DNA of 63,924 bases, filler included, from Hausera hauseri (GCA_046269625.1; 10 parts of 10 records of this genome joined end to end with filler, not necessarily neighbours in it); one strand, 5' to 3'. Positions 24,198-38,810 are shown, counted from the whole stretch's first letter. Program-made: numbers and translations. The notes: generated from the sequence alone by a model not told the origin.

Positions 24198-25025
24198 GCA
24201 ATATCGTCTTGCAATACTTTTCATCGATTCTGTCGGCTTCGGTCTATTTTGTTCTTGTCTTTCCCGCATATGACATTGATTTGTTAATCTTTCCTCAGAT
24301 AGAATTGGTGTTGGTTCTATCTTTGTCAGCTTCAATGTGACATTTTTACTAGATATTCTGGAATATTTCTGTTTACTCGATTTAACTTTCGCCACCTGTG
24401 TTGGAATATTCATACTTTCAATCGTCTAGGCCAATGCCAATCGTTTTTCTGCTGACACATTTGCATCCAAAATAAACGTCTTTTTGAGCTCCTGGTCTTT
24501 CAATCCTTGATCACAAAGAGCTTCATAATTTTTTCCAACGAGTTTGCCTTGTCGAATTCTGTTTTAACTTCTTTTACCAATTTACTCACTCTCATTTCGA
24601 AAGTTTGGTATCTCTCTTCGGATTTTGAAAGATACTTCCTAATTGCCTAACTTTTTCAACTATGGTTCTCGGTTTCGCAAATTTCTTTGTGAACCAGGCA
24701 CAAACATCTTCGGTCGAAAGTTCTTTCTGAGAATTACAATACTCCTGCCATAGACCTTTGCACTCACATTTCAGCAGCATGTCGAATGCAAATGAGAGAT
24801 GAATTCTATTAAACCTGGCAAAGTCTTTTGTATCTTCAAGCCACATTGTCGCATCCTGATTTCAATCATCAACGAATGATGGCTTTTGGTCCAAAACATC
24901 TTGATCACTTTGAGGCAATGACGAAAAATTTTTTGTCTTTTCTCTGCTTGTTTCTCTGTTAACGTGCATATTTCCGATTTCATATCACTGGCGTGGTCGA
25001 CAGTAAGAGATCTAGAAGATTCCAT
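24198..25025 (-). pseudogene. Retrotransposon gag-like fragment
   Basis: WLEDT..F...MLL...KGLWQ...F.KKF...QL.SI.Q capsid-like pattern, frameshifted. Confidence 0.45.
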
Positions 25026-26156
25026 ATCAATTTATATTTCATTTATATAATTGACATTATTCAAACAAATTATCACATTTTCTAACTGTTTGAATATTCA
25101 AAAAAAACTTTTACACTGTATTCAGTCCGACATGTTTTTTACGGTATTAAATTTTTTGTTAGTCTTCTTGATCGATTTTCTTTTTTCATTATTTAATATG
25201 TCCAATTGGGGCACTGATGCAAATTTTGGAGAAGGAAATACAAATACAGATGTAAAGCAAGAAATTCATAACAAATGCCAACGCTTTATGTGGAGTAAAA
25301 CCAATAACGGTTCTCTTGACGATTGTCAGAATTAATTTAATAAAACATCAAGCGCGTATAATGAAGTCACACAAAACGTTGACCTGCAAATGGAACTGTT
25401 GCCCAAAGATTGTGATTATGAATATGCGAAAAAATCAACCAGAGCAAACATGCTGAAATTCAAACAGAATTACGGAAACATTATGGGCAGAAAGACGTCG
25501 GTTTTATCATTTACGGCAGAAACATCGTTACATATGAATTTAAACCCAATATGTAATATCCGAAATCTCAGACACATTCCTGCACTCAGCCGTTTCAATT
25601 TTGTCGATACAGAAACAGGCCGACGATCCAATGGTTCATTTTCGACGGGTTTCGCATGCCGCGGCCAACACGCAAATTACAGGTTGGTGAATTTGATTAC
25701 ATATATAATACCATCCCGAGACTCCATTTGTTAGAATATTCATGATCAGTGTTTTAAATGGAGGAAATAAAAACCACACAATACTGCAATTTTTATTACT
25801 TAGTTTAAACTATTACCAACCGAGACAATTGGACAAATTGAGATTTTCTCTCATTTTACAATTATGCAAAATTCTTAAATGGCCGAAGCTTATTTTAATT
25901 CGTTTAATGTTTTAAATGAAAAAGGCCAATTAGCCGATGCCACTGTAATTATTTCAATAAAATCCGAAGTGAGTAGCAATCAAGTAGTAGAAGAGATACA
26001 TGGCAACATAAGTAAAAAAACGATATTCCTTTTATTGATTATGATTCCTTTTATACCGATTTTTTCTGTGGTTATTCGAATTATAAGGTGTGGTTAATTA
26101 AACATGCATGACTCTCTAAACTTATTGGCACATACGGAGCACCCGAACAGTCTGAG

Positions 26157-29100
26157 ATGAACACTGGTCATCAGAGATCGGTTTTGGCGACCCGAATATC
26201 ATTTGGTCGGAAACCTGGGGGCGTCCGTGATCTGTGCACCACAACACGCCTCTGGCATTACTCTTCAATCCCTTTCTTTTTGTTTTTAAAAATAACACAC
26301 ATTTCTACCATACACACTAGTAACACGGACATTGCTTACACCCTCTATATGTCTCTATCCTCTTTTTTACGCACTTCCGACTTTTATTTTTTGCACCACG
26401 GTTCTTTGCTACACCCGTCTGACTCACGTTCCTTCTTCGCTTCTCCGATCATTTATCTCACCCTTCACTTTCACATCCGGGATGGTTCGGGCCCTGATCC
26501 TTCTGCTGAAATATCTACCAAAAAAAGATCTTGTCGTCGTCCTGCCGACTCTGCGCTGTCTGCTTCTCCTTATCTTCCTTGCACAGAGTTCTCCCTCGAT
26601 GAAACAAATTCAAACCGCACTAGACTACAATTTTATTTACAATGGCTTATAGCCAATAATATTACCGATTCTTTCTTTCGCGCTAACGGCTTGTTACTTC
26701 TTCTCACAGCAAATATCAAGCATAAAATAAATAATCTTGCTGACATCCTTACTTCTTCAACACCATATTACATGCTTTATGAATCTGTTCTTCATATTAA
26801 CGATCCATCGATTGATAATATAATACAGAAATACTTTAACGAACATGCTATAGGCAGTCAAAAGCCTTCTTATTTTCTGCAGACCTATATTTCACACCTA
26901 AGCCCTCTTGGCGTTACCTCCATTAGTAATGCAGACTTTCTTCGTCATTATTTCCTCTACTCTTTGCCCACTTCCATTAGAGCTCTACTTATTGTCGCGG
27001 ATGACTCGACGGAGATTGAATAACTTGCATTATTGGCTGATAAAAGTTTCGAAATTTTACAAACTAACAACTCACAACACATAGCTGCAGAAACCACGCA
27101 TACTTCATCGCACGTAGACACGATTGTTTTTGCACAGCAACTACAATTAATGCAGAAACAATACGATACTCTACAACAGTCAATTTCAGCCATCACGGCC
27201 CAACTAAGTAATCTGTCTTAGTCTCGGCGAGGTCAGACCCGTACATCGTGTGAGCAGAGCCTCTCCACGCACTCTTTTCATTCTAAATCTCCTGGCTGTC
27301 AAATGAAATGCCTTTAAGGCTGTAAATTTTATGACGAGCATTTGGCGGTGGGCAGCCCTATCTGTATTTATCATACAAATTTTTACTGTCGGACCAGATC
27401 GTGTGTGCCGGGAGGCAAACATTACAAAAACAACTTCAGTTTTTCTCCATCTTTTTCTCCTCCCCCTTCTTCTTATCATTCATCTTCTTTCCCTTCACAA
27501 TCTTAAAAAAGCTAAAAACGCCGCCAGATGTCACAGCATATTCTGCCACAGGCAATGCCGCTCGGTCTTCTAGCCGTTTTAACACTACCGCCACAGTTTT
27601 TCTGTTAAAAGCTACACTTTACTCTAGAAATGCTTCAAATATCGATTTTCTTATTGATTCAGGAGCTGCCTTTTCACCCCTTCCTTTGTCGTTTATCCCA
27701 ACATCCACTGCAGTTTCTTCTCGCTTTTCACTGCCAGCGGTCAACCTTTGTGCAATGCAAGTACCACTGAACTGGTTTTTACATTTTCGAACTTACCAAG
27801 CAAGTTTGTCTGGAAATCGCCTATAACCAACTCAGATTTTTAGCCGCATACGATCTGTTAGTTGACTGCAAGTATGGCTGTTTGCTACGTAGAAACGCCG
27901 TCATGAACGTTAACAATTATATAATTTAGATAGCTCAACAAGTATTTACTCTGCAAACTCCATGTTAATTTAGCAAATTATCCGTCGGTTGATAACGATA
28001 CATTTAGTAATTTATCAATTTTTTTAATTACATTTCAAATATCGATATCGATTTTAAAACAATCGGTTAAACCGAATGTTGATTGTGACAATGTCGGTCG
28101 TTCTTCACCAATCAGAGCCATTACCACCTCTGATGATATGCCTCAATCATTTTTATCACTACATTCCAATCCCAAATTCTATATCATTTTTTCTTGTACT
28201 CGATTACTCAAAAATGACTCTAGTTTTAAGCCCCATCAACAACTTAGCACCACATAGTTACGCAGCACCAAAGGACCATCAAATAAGAGGTTAGACCGTT
28301 ATCTCCGCGTAGCCGAAAAGACGTTAAATTAGAGTTTAATAAACTCGAAAAATTTGGTATCATTTGGAGGTCAATTACCATGGGCTTCACCATTATATTT
28401 AGTGTCAAAAAAGATGGCACTTTTCGACTATGTGGCGACTACTATCAAGTAAACAATCTAATCATCATGGGTGCTTACCCATTAGCACTCATAAAAGACA
28501 TGCTGCACAGTCTTAACAACACCAATACGCATTCCACAATAGATCTGCACAAAGCCTACTATCAAATTCCCGTTGCATCCGATGACATTCCAAAGACATC
28601 TGTCGCCACTCAGTTTTGCCCTTTGAAAATACATCTTTATGACATTCGATTTACGTAACGCAGCACAAACATTTCAACGCCACATCGACACCGTTCTCTC
28701 AGGCCTTGATTTTGCTCATCCGTACATCGATGACATATTAGTTGCCTCCAGGTCCGTCAAACAACACCATGAACATTTCTGAATTAATTTTCACATCATA
28801 GCAACTTATAAGTTAACTTCTCCAAGTGCAGTTTCTTTCAGAAACGTGTCAATTTCTTAGGACACATCATTACCCCGCACGGCCACTCGCCACAACCTGA
28901 TCGATTACAGCAATTGAAAAATGTAACACTACCAACGACCAGTACCGATATGAGGAGTTTTCTGGGCACACAACATTTCGTCCATAAATACGTACCGCAT
29001 TGCCTTGAGCTTACAGCACCTTTCGCACACCTCATCTGGAAAGGGAAGACAGGTAATGCAGTGGACTCCCGATTTAGTAGCCAAATTCGATCACTTCCGC

Positions 29101-30702
29101 GAAGGCCCAAAAACTACCAAAATACTGGCATATCCAAAACCCGACGCGGAGCTGATACTTACCACCGATGCCTCTACCACAGCTACAGGTGCAATACTAC
29201 ACCAGATTTCCAATGGCATCTATGAACCTTTAAAATTTTACTCTCGAAAACTCAAACAACCAGAAGGCAAATATTCAACATTTGATCGTGAGCTACTAGC
29301 CATTGTTATGGCAGTAAAGCATTTCAAGCATCTCCTCCTTTCTTATACATTTATCATCCTAACAGATCGTAAGCCTCTGCTGCACATCATGTTACTAAAA
29401 CAACCATCGCCGAGGCAGGAACGACAGATATCGTACCTATGTACATTTAGTTTTGTCATAAAGTACTGAGAATTTGGTCGCGGATTTTCTGTCGCAGTTG
29501 ATAGGCTCAATTGCGGTTGAACCAATATTTTCTACCGAAATTCTAAAGCTCAATCAGCCGTCAGCTTATTCTTAGCTCTCTCATGTTTTTCCAAATCATT
29601 GATGGCATTGCATACGACACTTCTAACCACGGTAATAAAAAAATAATTCTTCCTTCTTCTTTGCAGAAAACAGCTTTCCTTCACACGCATTCACTTCATC
29701 ATCCAGGCTCAAAGGCCACGTTTCGCTTGCTCCAACGTCATGTAGTTTGGCCATCAATGAGCACAGATGTACAGGGTTGGGTTAAGGAATGCGTAGCCTG
29801 TCAAAAATACAAAGTCAAAAAACATCTTAAACCGCCGCTTTACCATTTGCCTTGTACGTTACGTTTTTATACCGTCCATCTTGATATTGTTGGACCCTTA
29901 CCTTCTAACAACACGTATCAACATATTTTCACTATGATAAATCGTGCTTCTCCCTGGCCTGAAACCGTTCCTCTCCGTTCAACAAACACTGATTCAGTAG
30001 CCTATGCCTTAATTAAAATCTGGATAAGGTCCTCAGTTCGAATCGGACATCTTTAAATCGCTTGTTCAACGCCTGGGGATATCACATTTCCATAAAACAC
30101 CGTAACATCCACAGTCAAATGGCCTTCTTGAAAGGTTCCACTGAACAATGAAAATGTGTTTAAAAATCTTGTCAGATAATCATCGCAATTGGACGTCCAT
30201 TCTACCATTTGTTCTACTTGGGTGGAGCAATACACCTTCCACCACCACGGGTTGTGCTCCAGTCGAGCTTTTTAGGACTTCAATACAGGCTCTGTTTGAA
30301 CTTTTCGACCTCGACGACAATCCGACAGAAGAAAACATTCGCGCCGCACAGTATCACTTTGCTGAGGTCAGCTCAGATTCGTTTTGCCGTCTATATAACA
30401 ATAGAAAATCGTACATTTCAAAGGATTTATACTCAGCCAAGTTTGTATGGCTGAAGGATCAATCACCTTCGGTTTTTCGACCTCAGTATGTTGGCCCATA
30501 CAAACTTTTTCACCTCTCACCTCATGCGAATACCATCTTACGCCAAGACAAAGCCTACAACTTCCACACTTCGAATCTTAAGCCCGCTTTCTTCGTTGAA
30601 GACAATCCAAATGCCTATTCTACTTCCAACCCTAACTTAACTCTCACTCCTTCCATTCCTTCATTACACTTTCTCCACGATTTCGCTCCGTTAGAGCAAT
30701 AA
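26157..30702 (+). mobile_element. Decayed Ty3/Gypsy element, Mag-like (gag-PR-RT-RH-IN), unrelated to the env-bearing family
   Basis: Gag PY..L...GSQKPS...FL.SLP.SIR...LA.LADK with a C.YH..F.....C knuckle; FLIDSGA; KKDGTFRLCGDY; YIDDILVAS; TTDAS...FYSRKL...STFDRELLAI; H.LHHPG...CVAC; HLDIVGPLP; GPY. Confidence 0.9.
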
Positions 30703-31256
30703 CTTTTCTCTTTCACTAAATCATCGTCATCTTCCGCACCGCTTACTGTACCTACATCGCTTATTCCGTTTTCTCCACCCGCCTCTCTTCCCTCTCTTTC
30801 ATCATTTCCACTGCATTCAATTTTTTCGCCTCTTTTGCTTGACTTATTCTCTTCATCATCTTCAACGTCTTCAACATAAGCAACACAGCACACTGAATCA
30901 GAAAACCTTACAAAACGTCTACCACAAAATATCGTTCAACAGCCAAGCACAAATTAATTAAATAAGGCATGCAGAGTGACATTTAGTACCTATAGTAGGG
31001 AAAATCCGTAGACGGATTACAACGACTAATAGACACGAAAATCCAACAGTCACTAAACATTTTTTGCATTTTGTCTCTTTCTGTTTTGCTTTGTAGTTAC
31101 CTTTTTGCAACGGGGTTGATATGGTGCCAAGATGTAGGACATGGCCCGCCAATTTTGACAATCGGGTCACCGTTTGGTAGTATGGAGAAAATGGGAATTC
31201 GGGCACAGACCTTCCGGGGGGGTGGTTAATCGATAAATCGATATTGCACATGTGCC

Positions 31257-31287
31257 GATCGATAGTGCACCCGGAGCACTATCGATC
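31257..31287. repeat. Perfect 12-bp hairpin
   Basis: GATCGATAGTGC-acccgga-GCACTATCGATC. Confidence 0.85.
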
Positions 31288-31400
31288 CATAAAGTGCCTG
31301 NNNNNNNNNNNNNNNNNNNNNNNNNNNNNNNNNNNNNNNNNNNNTTAATTAATTAANNNNNNNNNNNNNNNNNNNNNNNNNNNNNNNNNNNNNNNNNNNN

Positions 31401-31827
31401 GAATTAACGGACTAGTTGGCTTAATTATGGAGGAATGTCCGTGTATTCGTCCACAGTGGAAGATGCTATGCGATCGTCTCAACATGCACTCCATTCCGTC
31501 TAACGATATCAATTCTTGTTGTTGATACAGGAAGTAACTTTTCTCTCTCGTTTCCAATTTGTGCGGTCGGGCGTTTTCGCATACTTCCAGGTCCACTAAG
31601 GAGTATCTCTGTCCTAATTTAAACTTATCGCAATCGTAGACGGTTACCGCACTTATATGCTTTATTAGCATCATTAAGGTAAGCAAGCTAATTAGCCAAT
31701 TTGATTCACTTTTCCGACCTCCAACGTCTGACGTTGTCAGGTTACGTAACACATCGTCGAGTTTATTGTTATTTCGTTTGTTTTCTTCCTTGTCGAATAA
31801 TCGTGCCCAATTTACTTCGCAAGGCAT
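31401..31827 (-). pseudogene. env: Chuvirus-like glycoprotein N-terminus
   Basis: WLISLLTLMMLIKHISA|VTVYDCD...YSLVDLEVC...LYQQ...ECMLRRS..IFHCG..GHSSII. Confidence 0.8.
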
Positions 31828-32199
31828 TCTTCTTGCTGCTCTACGTGAAAAGCTTATAGTCCTATTGATTTTATTCTCTCGATTAGGATTTATTTTAATA
31901 GCTTAGTACAGCAATACTTTCTCAATTCTTCATTTGTGTTTTCTACCATTATTTTTTCTATTACTGACTCGTTGGTTAAGTTACTTTTTGATAGTTTGAA
32001 ACGTGAACTTCTCATCATTTTGGCTGCATCGAAAATTATCTTTTCTTTATCATCTAACACATCCCCTCGAAAACTAGAATAATTCACAATTCGTATTAAA
32101 TTTTTCATTAATTCGCTTAATTCCTCGTTATCTGGGCTAAGAGTCAAAATCGACATCTGTCTCAATTCTCTAATTAATTCTCCGTTGTAATCCAGTTCT

Positions 32200-32645
32200 T
32201 CTCGGACTTTCCTAGGTCTACCTACTGGGCGTTTCGGTCTTGGACCCTTAGTGGTTGTTTCACTTATTGGTATTAAATTTATGTCGTATTGTTCCTTATC
32301 GTCGTCTGTTTGTAAATATTCAAAATATAGTGTAGCGTCTCAGACTCCCATGATTTGTCCTACGCATTGTTCTGTTTTGGCTTTACGTGTAGCTTCTTCT
32401 TTTGTCTGTTCGTTAGCTATTACTACCACTATCCGATCTGTTTCGTCAGGAATAATCCCGACGTCTTTTAGTTGTTCTAGGTCATCGAGTATTTTACCTC
32501 TAAAATAAAATCTGTAGTTTAACTCGTTCGTTCCACCATTGTTTACTAGCCATTCTTTTACATCCTTTACGTAGGAATGTGTATTTAATTCGCATTCTTT
32601 TTCGTCCATCCATTCGGATGACACCATTACCTTTATCGTCACCGC
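32200..32645 (-). other. Ubiquitin-like domain followed by an AT-hook
   Basis: TIKVMV...SYVKDVKEWL...YRFYFRGKILDDLEQLKDVGI; PKRPVGRPRK at ~32240-32210. Confidence 0.75.
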
Positions 32646-35336
32646 AGGTTTAGCCCTCAAGATCTTAGCGTACTTCCTTATCAAAACACTTCGGCACCGT
32701 ACTATAAATCGTGTTTTCACTAGATAGTTTAGTTAAAGTTGGAATAAGTCGTCTTAATTTACTCCCAGTAATGTCTACGCTAATTAGCTCAATCAAATCC
32801 TTTTCAGTTAGCGCTGAATCTAGTAGCATCTCCACATTGAATCTCCTATCCTGCGGGCATGTTTCTATTTTGTTTAGTTGTACTGGAGTCATAGATTTTC
32901 CGGCAAGTATTTCGTCGAAGTATGCATCCCATTCGGTTTCGTTTCCGGCATCCGGAAGTCGATAGTCCACTAAAGCCGCATTGGCTCTTTGAATTTTTTC
33001 CCGAATTTTCTTTAATCTAGATTGTATTCCTTTCATTTGCGTAGTTCGGAAACCTACTCCATTTCCACAGGCATACTGAATCATTTTCAGTAATTCTCCC
33101 AATTCGTTCGGGCCAACCAGCCCTTTCTGGTGATAATCTGTCAGTTCAAGAATCACATGTTTAGCCATTTTTATACAAATTCTCCTTTAATCTTAATCTC
33201 GGATTTGGTAAACGCATATTTGTTTCGATAGACTTCAAGCTCTTTTGTTATTTTATCTAACCTTATTTCTCTTTATTTTGTCTTAATACGTGTTTCTTCT
33301 ACTTCCTGTATCTTGGGCGTTAATCGCCTGATCTGCTCATCACTAATTTCTGCCATTTCCACTAATAAATAGGCTCATTTAGGCTCATTTATAACCTTTG
33401 AATCAGGGTCCACTGCATCCGACAATTTCTTTACAAACTTGTGTTCTGAAAGCTAAAATGTGGGTCGTTTCCGATTTCTATCAACTTGGTATGAAGATTC
33501 TGGTCTGATCCGGCCATCCATTCTTGAGGTTTGTGTAAAAACCTTATTGCATCCGTTAACGTATTTCGATATCCTGGACAAATGTCCAATATTTCAATGT
33601 CTGGTACAGAAATTTCGTCGATTGGTTTTCCGGTTAAATTTTGAATCCCTTCTAGTCGGACAATCCTTAACTTTGAATTTACATCGTAAATCATATTCCG
33701 TTTCTCCATAAAGTTTGTCTCTTCGATCAATTTGTAGATTTCCTCCATCATCGACGCTTCCCGTTCTGTTTTCATAAATTTTAGTCGTCGTAGCGCTTCA
33801 AATTGAGTACGGATGTCTTTCTATCCGCAACGTGGCTAAATTGTGTGCGCTTTCCTCTAGTTGCTTCTTCACCGTTGGCTCGCTTTGCGAAAATTCTGTT
33901 TTACGATCTTCTACCAATTTAGTTAGTCACCTTACTAACTCGGACCATTCCGACAGTTGATTTGCAATTACAGGTTTTGCCATTATAGCTTTATCTAACA
34001 TCTTATAGGCACCTTTCAACTCATCGTCTGGTCCTTTTAGGTAATTCATAACTCGACCGATATAACTAAACTCATCCCTATACTCGTTTAATTCAACGAT
34101 ACAAGCCTTTATTGTATATTGAGTATCCTCGTAGTTTGGGAACATAATTTGATTTTTCATATCATAAATCTGTGCTCGTGCTTCATTTTCTATTTTAGTA
34201 CGACTCTCTAAATTCGTATATTGTCCAGGTACGGCGAACGTGAGTTTATTCATTTCCATTAAGGGAGGAATATCTACTAAGTCTATACCCAATATTTCTA
34301 AATCGATATTACTTCGATGGTTAACCGGTTTTCCCCTAAGTTGTTTGGCCATTGCGTATCGAATTTCGTCCATCGTACGCTCTAAATTACGAACTACTCT
34401 GTTCAATTTTGGGTTTTCCTCCAAAGTTGATAGTAGCGTTTGAGCCTTAGTAACTTTTACATCGACACTCTCGTCATTCTTGTTACATCCTTCGGAAAAT
34501 TCTACTCCGCTTTTAATCCATGATTCCATTTCCTGCTTCCATTTTAACAACGTTTCGGTTGATACCTCGTCGGGTTGTTGTACGTCAATTGCTTCCGCAA
34601 ACTTGCCTTCGCTATGCAGTTTGAAACTTTTATATCGCTTCTCAGCGAATTGTTGTTCTTCTCCAGATATGTCTACTTGTTTGCTAATTTGTTTAAGCTG
34701 TTTTAGGTCAGACTGTAATATTTCTGACTCATAACGTTTGTTTCTCAATTTCCTTAATTCATTGGCGTTTTTCCATGAATGTCGGACTTTTTACTTCTTG
34801 CAATCGAAATCATCAGTATTCGTTGTTTCTTCCTCACTAGTAGGAAGTGGACAAATCACGTTAATTTTATTGATTTCCTCTATAGACCCCGCTACTCCGA
34901 CAGGTGTGTGTGAACCAATTTCTGGTGTATTCAAACTATGGTCCGTGTCGCCTCCTACAACGACGTTCGGTTTTTCGATTTCTTTAATTTTCTTTCTAGT
35001 TATTTTGGAACGTGAACGACTTCTTCGTTTCGTTTTTAGAGAGGGGCTACGGTCTCTATTTTTCGTAATGTTAAGTAATAATGGCTCCATAAATTCTTTT
35101 TCTGTTGTATCAGGTGTATCATCCTCAGTAAGCTTAACTACCTTTTCAACTGTAAACTCAGGTTCTGCATCTACGTCGACTGCCGTCGATGTGCCTGGTT
35201 TATCAGATGGTTTATTGCTTGTCGGAACGCTCATTTTTCGTGTCATATCGATTCGTTTAGGTGCTATCGCATGTTCATATTCAGTTTCTGATTCTGCTGA
35301 ACCATAATATACTTCTAGTAATCTCAGCTTATCTCC

Positions 35337-35920
35337 TTATTCTCTTCTAGCCATCAGAATTTGTAGGTTAATGGTATCCGGTTGAGCATCTAGGAATTTT
35401 CTCAAATCCTGTATATCGATGATAGTGCCTATATCTCCACGAATTCCATACTTTGCTTCTAAATTCTCATTGATTCTAATCATACTAGTCTTATTTGGCT
35501 TAGTAAATGAGACGCTGCGTGGGTTTGGGTATGACCTTGAAATGTGTCCTTCTTTGCCACAAGTAAAACAAACCAAATTCTCATTTCTGCCGACTCTCTG
35601 TCGACCGTCTTCGTTCACTGGTGACTTAGATCTATTCGTACCCTTATTGTACTGATTTGGCAAACTTTGCACATTGTCGGCACTTCGTCTATTATCGTTA
35701 TTTCGGTTATCACCGTTTTGATTCGAGTAGTTCGAGCCTTTATAATTTCCTCTATTCCTATCCTAGTTAGGGTCTGATCTGTTCGTATTTGTATAATTAC
35801 TACTTCTATCATTTCTGTAACCGTCATTATTATTTCTATTCCCATAATTTCTGTTACCCGTAAATCGTCTGTCGTCTCTTCCACGATTATCATTGCGATT
35901 TCTATCGTTCCGGTAATTTC
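35337..35920 (-). pseudogene. gag: Gag C-terminus: R/D/N-rich low-complexity region and CCHC-type zinc knuckle
   Basis: CFTCGKEGHISRSY (last Cys changed to Tyr), preceded by NDNRGRDDRR-type repeats. Confidence 0.75.
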
Positions 35921-37925
35921 NNNNNNNNNNNNNNNNNNNNNNNNNNNNNNNNNNNNNNNNNNNNTTAATTAATTAANNNNNNNNNNNNNNNNNNNNNNNN
36001 NNNNNNNNNNNNNNNNNNNNTACCTGTTCTTATCATTCTTAAATCGTGATGGACTTGGTCAGTTATGATTGGCAATTATCTTATCATTCGAAAATATTAA
36101 ATACAAAACGAAATGATGTACGGAATTGTAATTGAAATGCTATGATTCAAAATGTTTCATTTCACTTGTGTAATTTATTTCATGTATTTTATATATCATA
36201 GCATTCTGACGATGTATAACAATTGATATAAGTTGTCTGTGGATGACATTATAACTGTTATTTCGATTATTTCAGTTTCTTTGGGATCATTTCATAAAAA
36301 TGATTTTATTTTCCATAGCCTATATCGTACGATAAATTGAATTAAATTAAATAGTTAAATGAAATTCAAATACTGAACACATTAAAAGTAAATAATTATT
36401 GCTAACTAACACAAAAACAAATAATCGAAATAATTCTGTTTTTTCCTTCATAATTTTGATGATCATGCTGAATGGAATAATTTTTGGGCATCGAATGGTG
36501 TTTCTTTTGTTGCATTCGATTTTGTTCTGAAATTGTTTATTATTGATAAAAGGCATGAAGAAAATCGTTACTTAAATGGATTTTAAAAACGAGTAACGTT
36601 TCCCTTTTTTGATCGAGATTACCTGCAAATGTTGCATTGTATTTTGCACAAACTGGCGATATTTCAGACGAATGGGACAAATTAACGGATAATAGAAAAT
36701 AACCTTCTTCTTCAGCTATTCGTTCTTGATGCAATTTGACTAAACAGGAACTGTTTTTATGAACAATTTCATTCGGTACCAATTGGAAAATGGCCGGTGA
36801 TATCAGAGTCCCTGTATTGGTTTAGACAATGTTGCATTTTTGTGACGATACCTCAAATTACTCGACAACATGAATGCATTTGACATTCAACAAGACATTC
36901 GATGTTTGTTGATGATAAAATTTGTTTGGATGTTGTTTCTAATGAACATGATTTTGGTATGTTGATGGGCATCCAAATTTCACTGTGCACCAGCACCATT
37001 GCCATCGATATTATCAACAGATTCATTTAGACAAACATCCGATGAGTTCGGTAATTTATATATGAATTACCCCGCAGTACATTATTTATGTAAATATTGT
37101 CTTCGTTTTGTTTAGATTCTTTTAGTTCTATTGACAGATGAGATTTGTGAATAATTGTGAAAGTAATGGTAGAATAAATAATCCTGTTTTGTATTTTTCA
37201 TAAATCATAAAATATTTCAAATATCAAATTTAATTTACTAAATTGTTTTAATATTCCATTTATAAATGTTTCTATGATATGATCACAAACTACAGACCAA
37301 TTGATATCCAATGGGTATATTTTATGTAGGCAGAACATCAAGAAAATATCAATCGAATATAAAAACGAATATTAACTTGACAAAAGAACGTCACTCTGAT
37401 CATTTGTCATAAAAAATCTCAGATTTACAATGCTTAATTGTCCGTTATAGGAAACATTTTACAAATACACACATACACAGTCTCACACACACGCAAAGTC
37501 AATTATTACGATATTTGTGTACACTAAACGATAATGGCACCATCTGTCATATCATTATAAGTAGCAGTAACCCTCAATGATATGAAAAAAATATTCATGA
37601 AGTAACAAAATTATCGATTCTGGGTCAGTTTCAAACAACAATTTCTTCATAATACCACAACAAAGAAATGCAATGATAGATAATTCTCATACACTTGATA
37701 AATCATGTTAAATCTCATACTTTGAAATTGGTCAGCAACAACAGATCTGTACAATTCATTTAGAATTCGAAATATCAAACGTATAACCAAATGTAAAAAT
37801 ACTACTCATTTTAGTATAACTTGTAATCAATAAATCATTATATTTAAATAAAATTCTATTATTTAATGATGTTAGACAGCAAAGTAGATTTCCTAATTCT
37901 GAGACATAAAAAAGATGAACTAATG

Positions 37926-38810
37926 TTATTCAAATTTCTTTGTAAAAATGACATTCGATAAAAGCTGGTCACAACTTGGCCGATCTTCAGCATTTGGTCT
38001 CAAACATGAATCAACAAATATTTTCAGATTGGCAGACAATGTTTCTGGGAATTTGTAGTCAATTTTTTTGTCGGTACCAATTTTCAAAATGGCCGCATAT
38101 TCATTGAGATGAGGATATGGAGGATAACCTGAAATATTTTCAAGTGGACATGGAGAAGCGTAGACAGCAAACCAGTGATCATTTCAATTACAGTGCCTTC
38201 CATCTGGCAGTGCCAACATCTGTCGATCCACCTGCTAAACATATTTTATCCGTGGCATCAGTGAGGCATTTCGATAATCCGAAATCCGTCAGTTTAACTG
38301 AACAGAATTCATCCAGCAGCACATTGGATCCTTAATTGTTTGTAATCCATGCACACAAACAAACATACACAAATAAGTTACCCTTTATATCCCTGTGCAT
38401 GACTTTGTTGTCGTGTAAATATTTCAGTCCATCCAATATCTGTCCGGCAAAATGCACTATTTTGCATTCAGAAAGTGGATGATTGATGACTAAATGCTGA
38501 CTGAGAGATTCCTGAGACAGGATTTAGAATCTTCAAGGAATTTGAAATCAACCTTCATGAAGTCCATGACTATGTAAAAAGTTGACGTATCCTCCATGAA
38601 ATTATGAAATCTGATAATTCTTGGATGTTGTGTAATTTGGGCTGCAACTAATATTTCATTTCGAATGTCCATTTTCATTTCCGGTAACTGTTGTTTGAAA
38701 TTCGTTTTCTTCATTGCATATTCCTTTGGATCGTCTACAATTTTACATTTGATGACTTTACCGTAACTTCCTTTGCCGATTTTGCCGAGTTTTATCACAT
38801 TCGAGTACCT
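37926..38810 (-). pseudogene. STE/MAP3K-like Ser/Thr kinase with short introns and an internal deletion
   Basis: IGKGSYG, AMKK, HRDIKG|SN, DFGLSK, VIEMITG, RPS..QLL. Introns 38552-38512 (41 nt) and 38381-38331 (51 nt). The APE-to-DIWS segment is missing. Confidence 0.85.

Larger units (their letters stand above)
31401..35920 (-). mobile_element. Third copy of the env-bearing family: Gag C-terminus to glycoprotein N-terminus
   Basis: Homologous to 4578-7330 and extends ~1.7 kb further 5' to a Gag zinc knuckle. Confidence 0.88.

Noticed and set aside
25051-26097. Short ORFs between the gag fragment and the Mag-like element
   Set aside because: No recognisable motifs; cannot support a call
26160-26200. 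PBS candidates (TGGTCATCAG / TGGCGACCCG) for the Mag-like element
   Set aside because: Two competing sites and no matching LTR pair visible
33921-33929. TGA-CTA as a second readthrough site
   Set aside because: The homologous codon in the 4578 copy is a sense codon, so it is a decay mutation
34738-35307. Long antisense ORFs over the element (also 8823-9089, 9302-9709)
   Set aside because: Shadows of A-rich sense coding sequence; not conserved between copies
36347-37100. Possible membrane-protein gene remnant
   Set aside because: Fragmented, with no diagnostic motif
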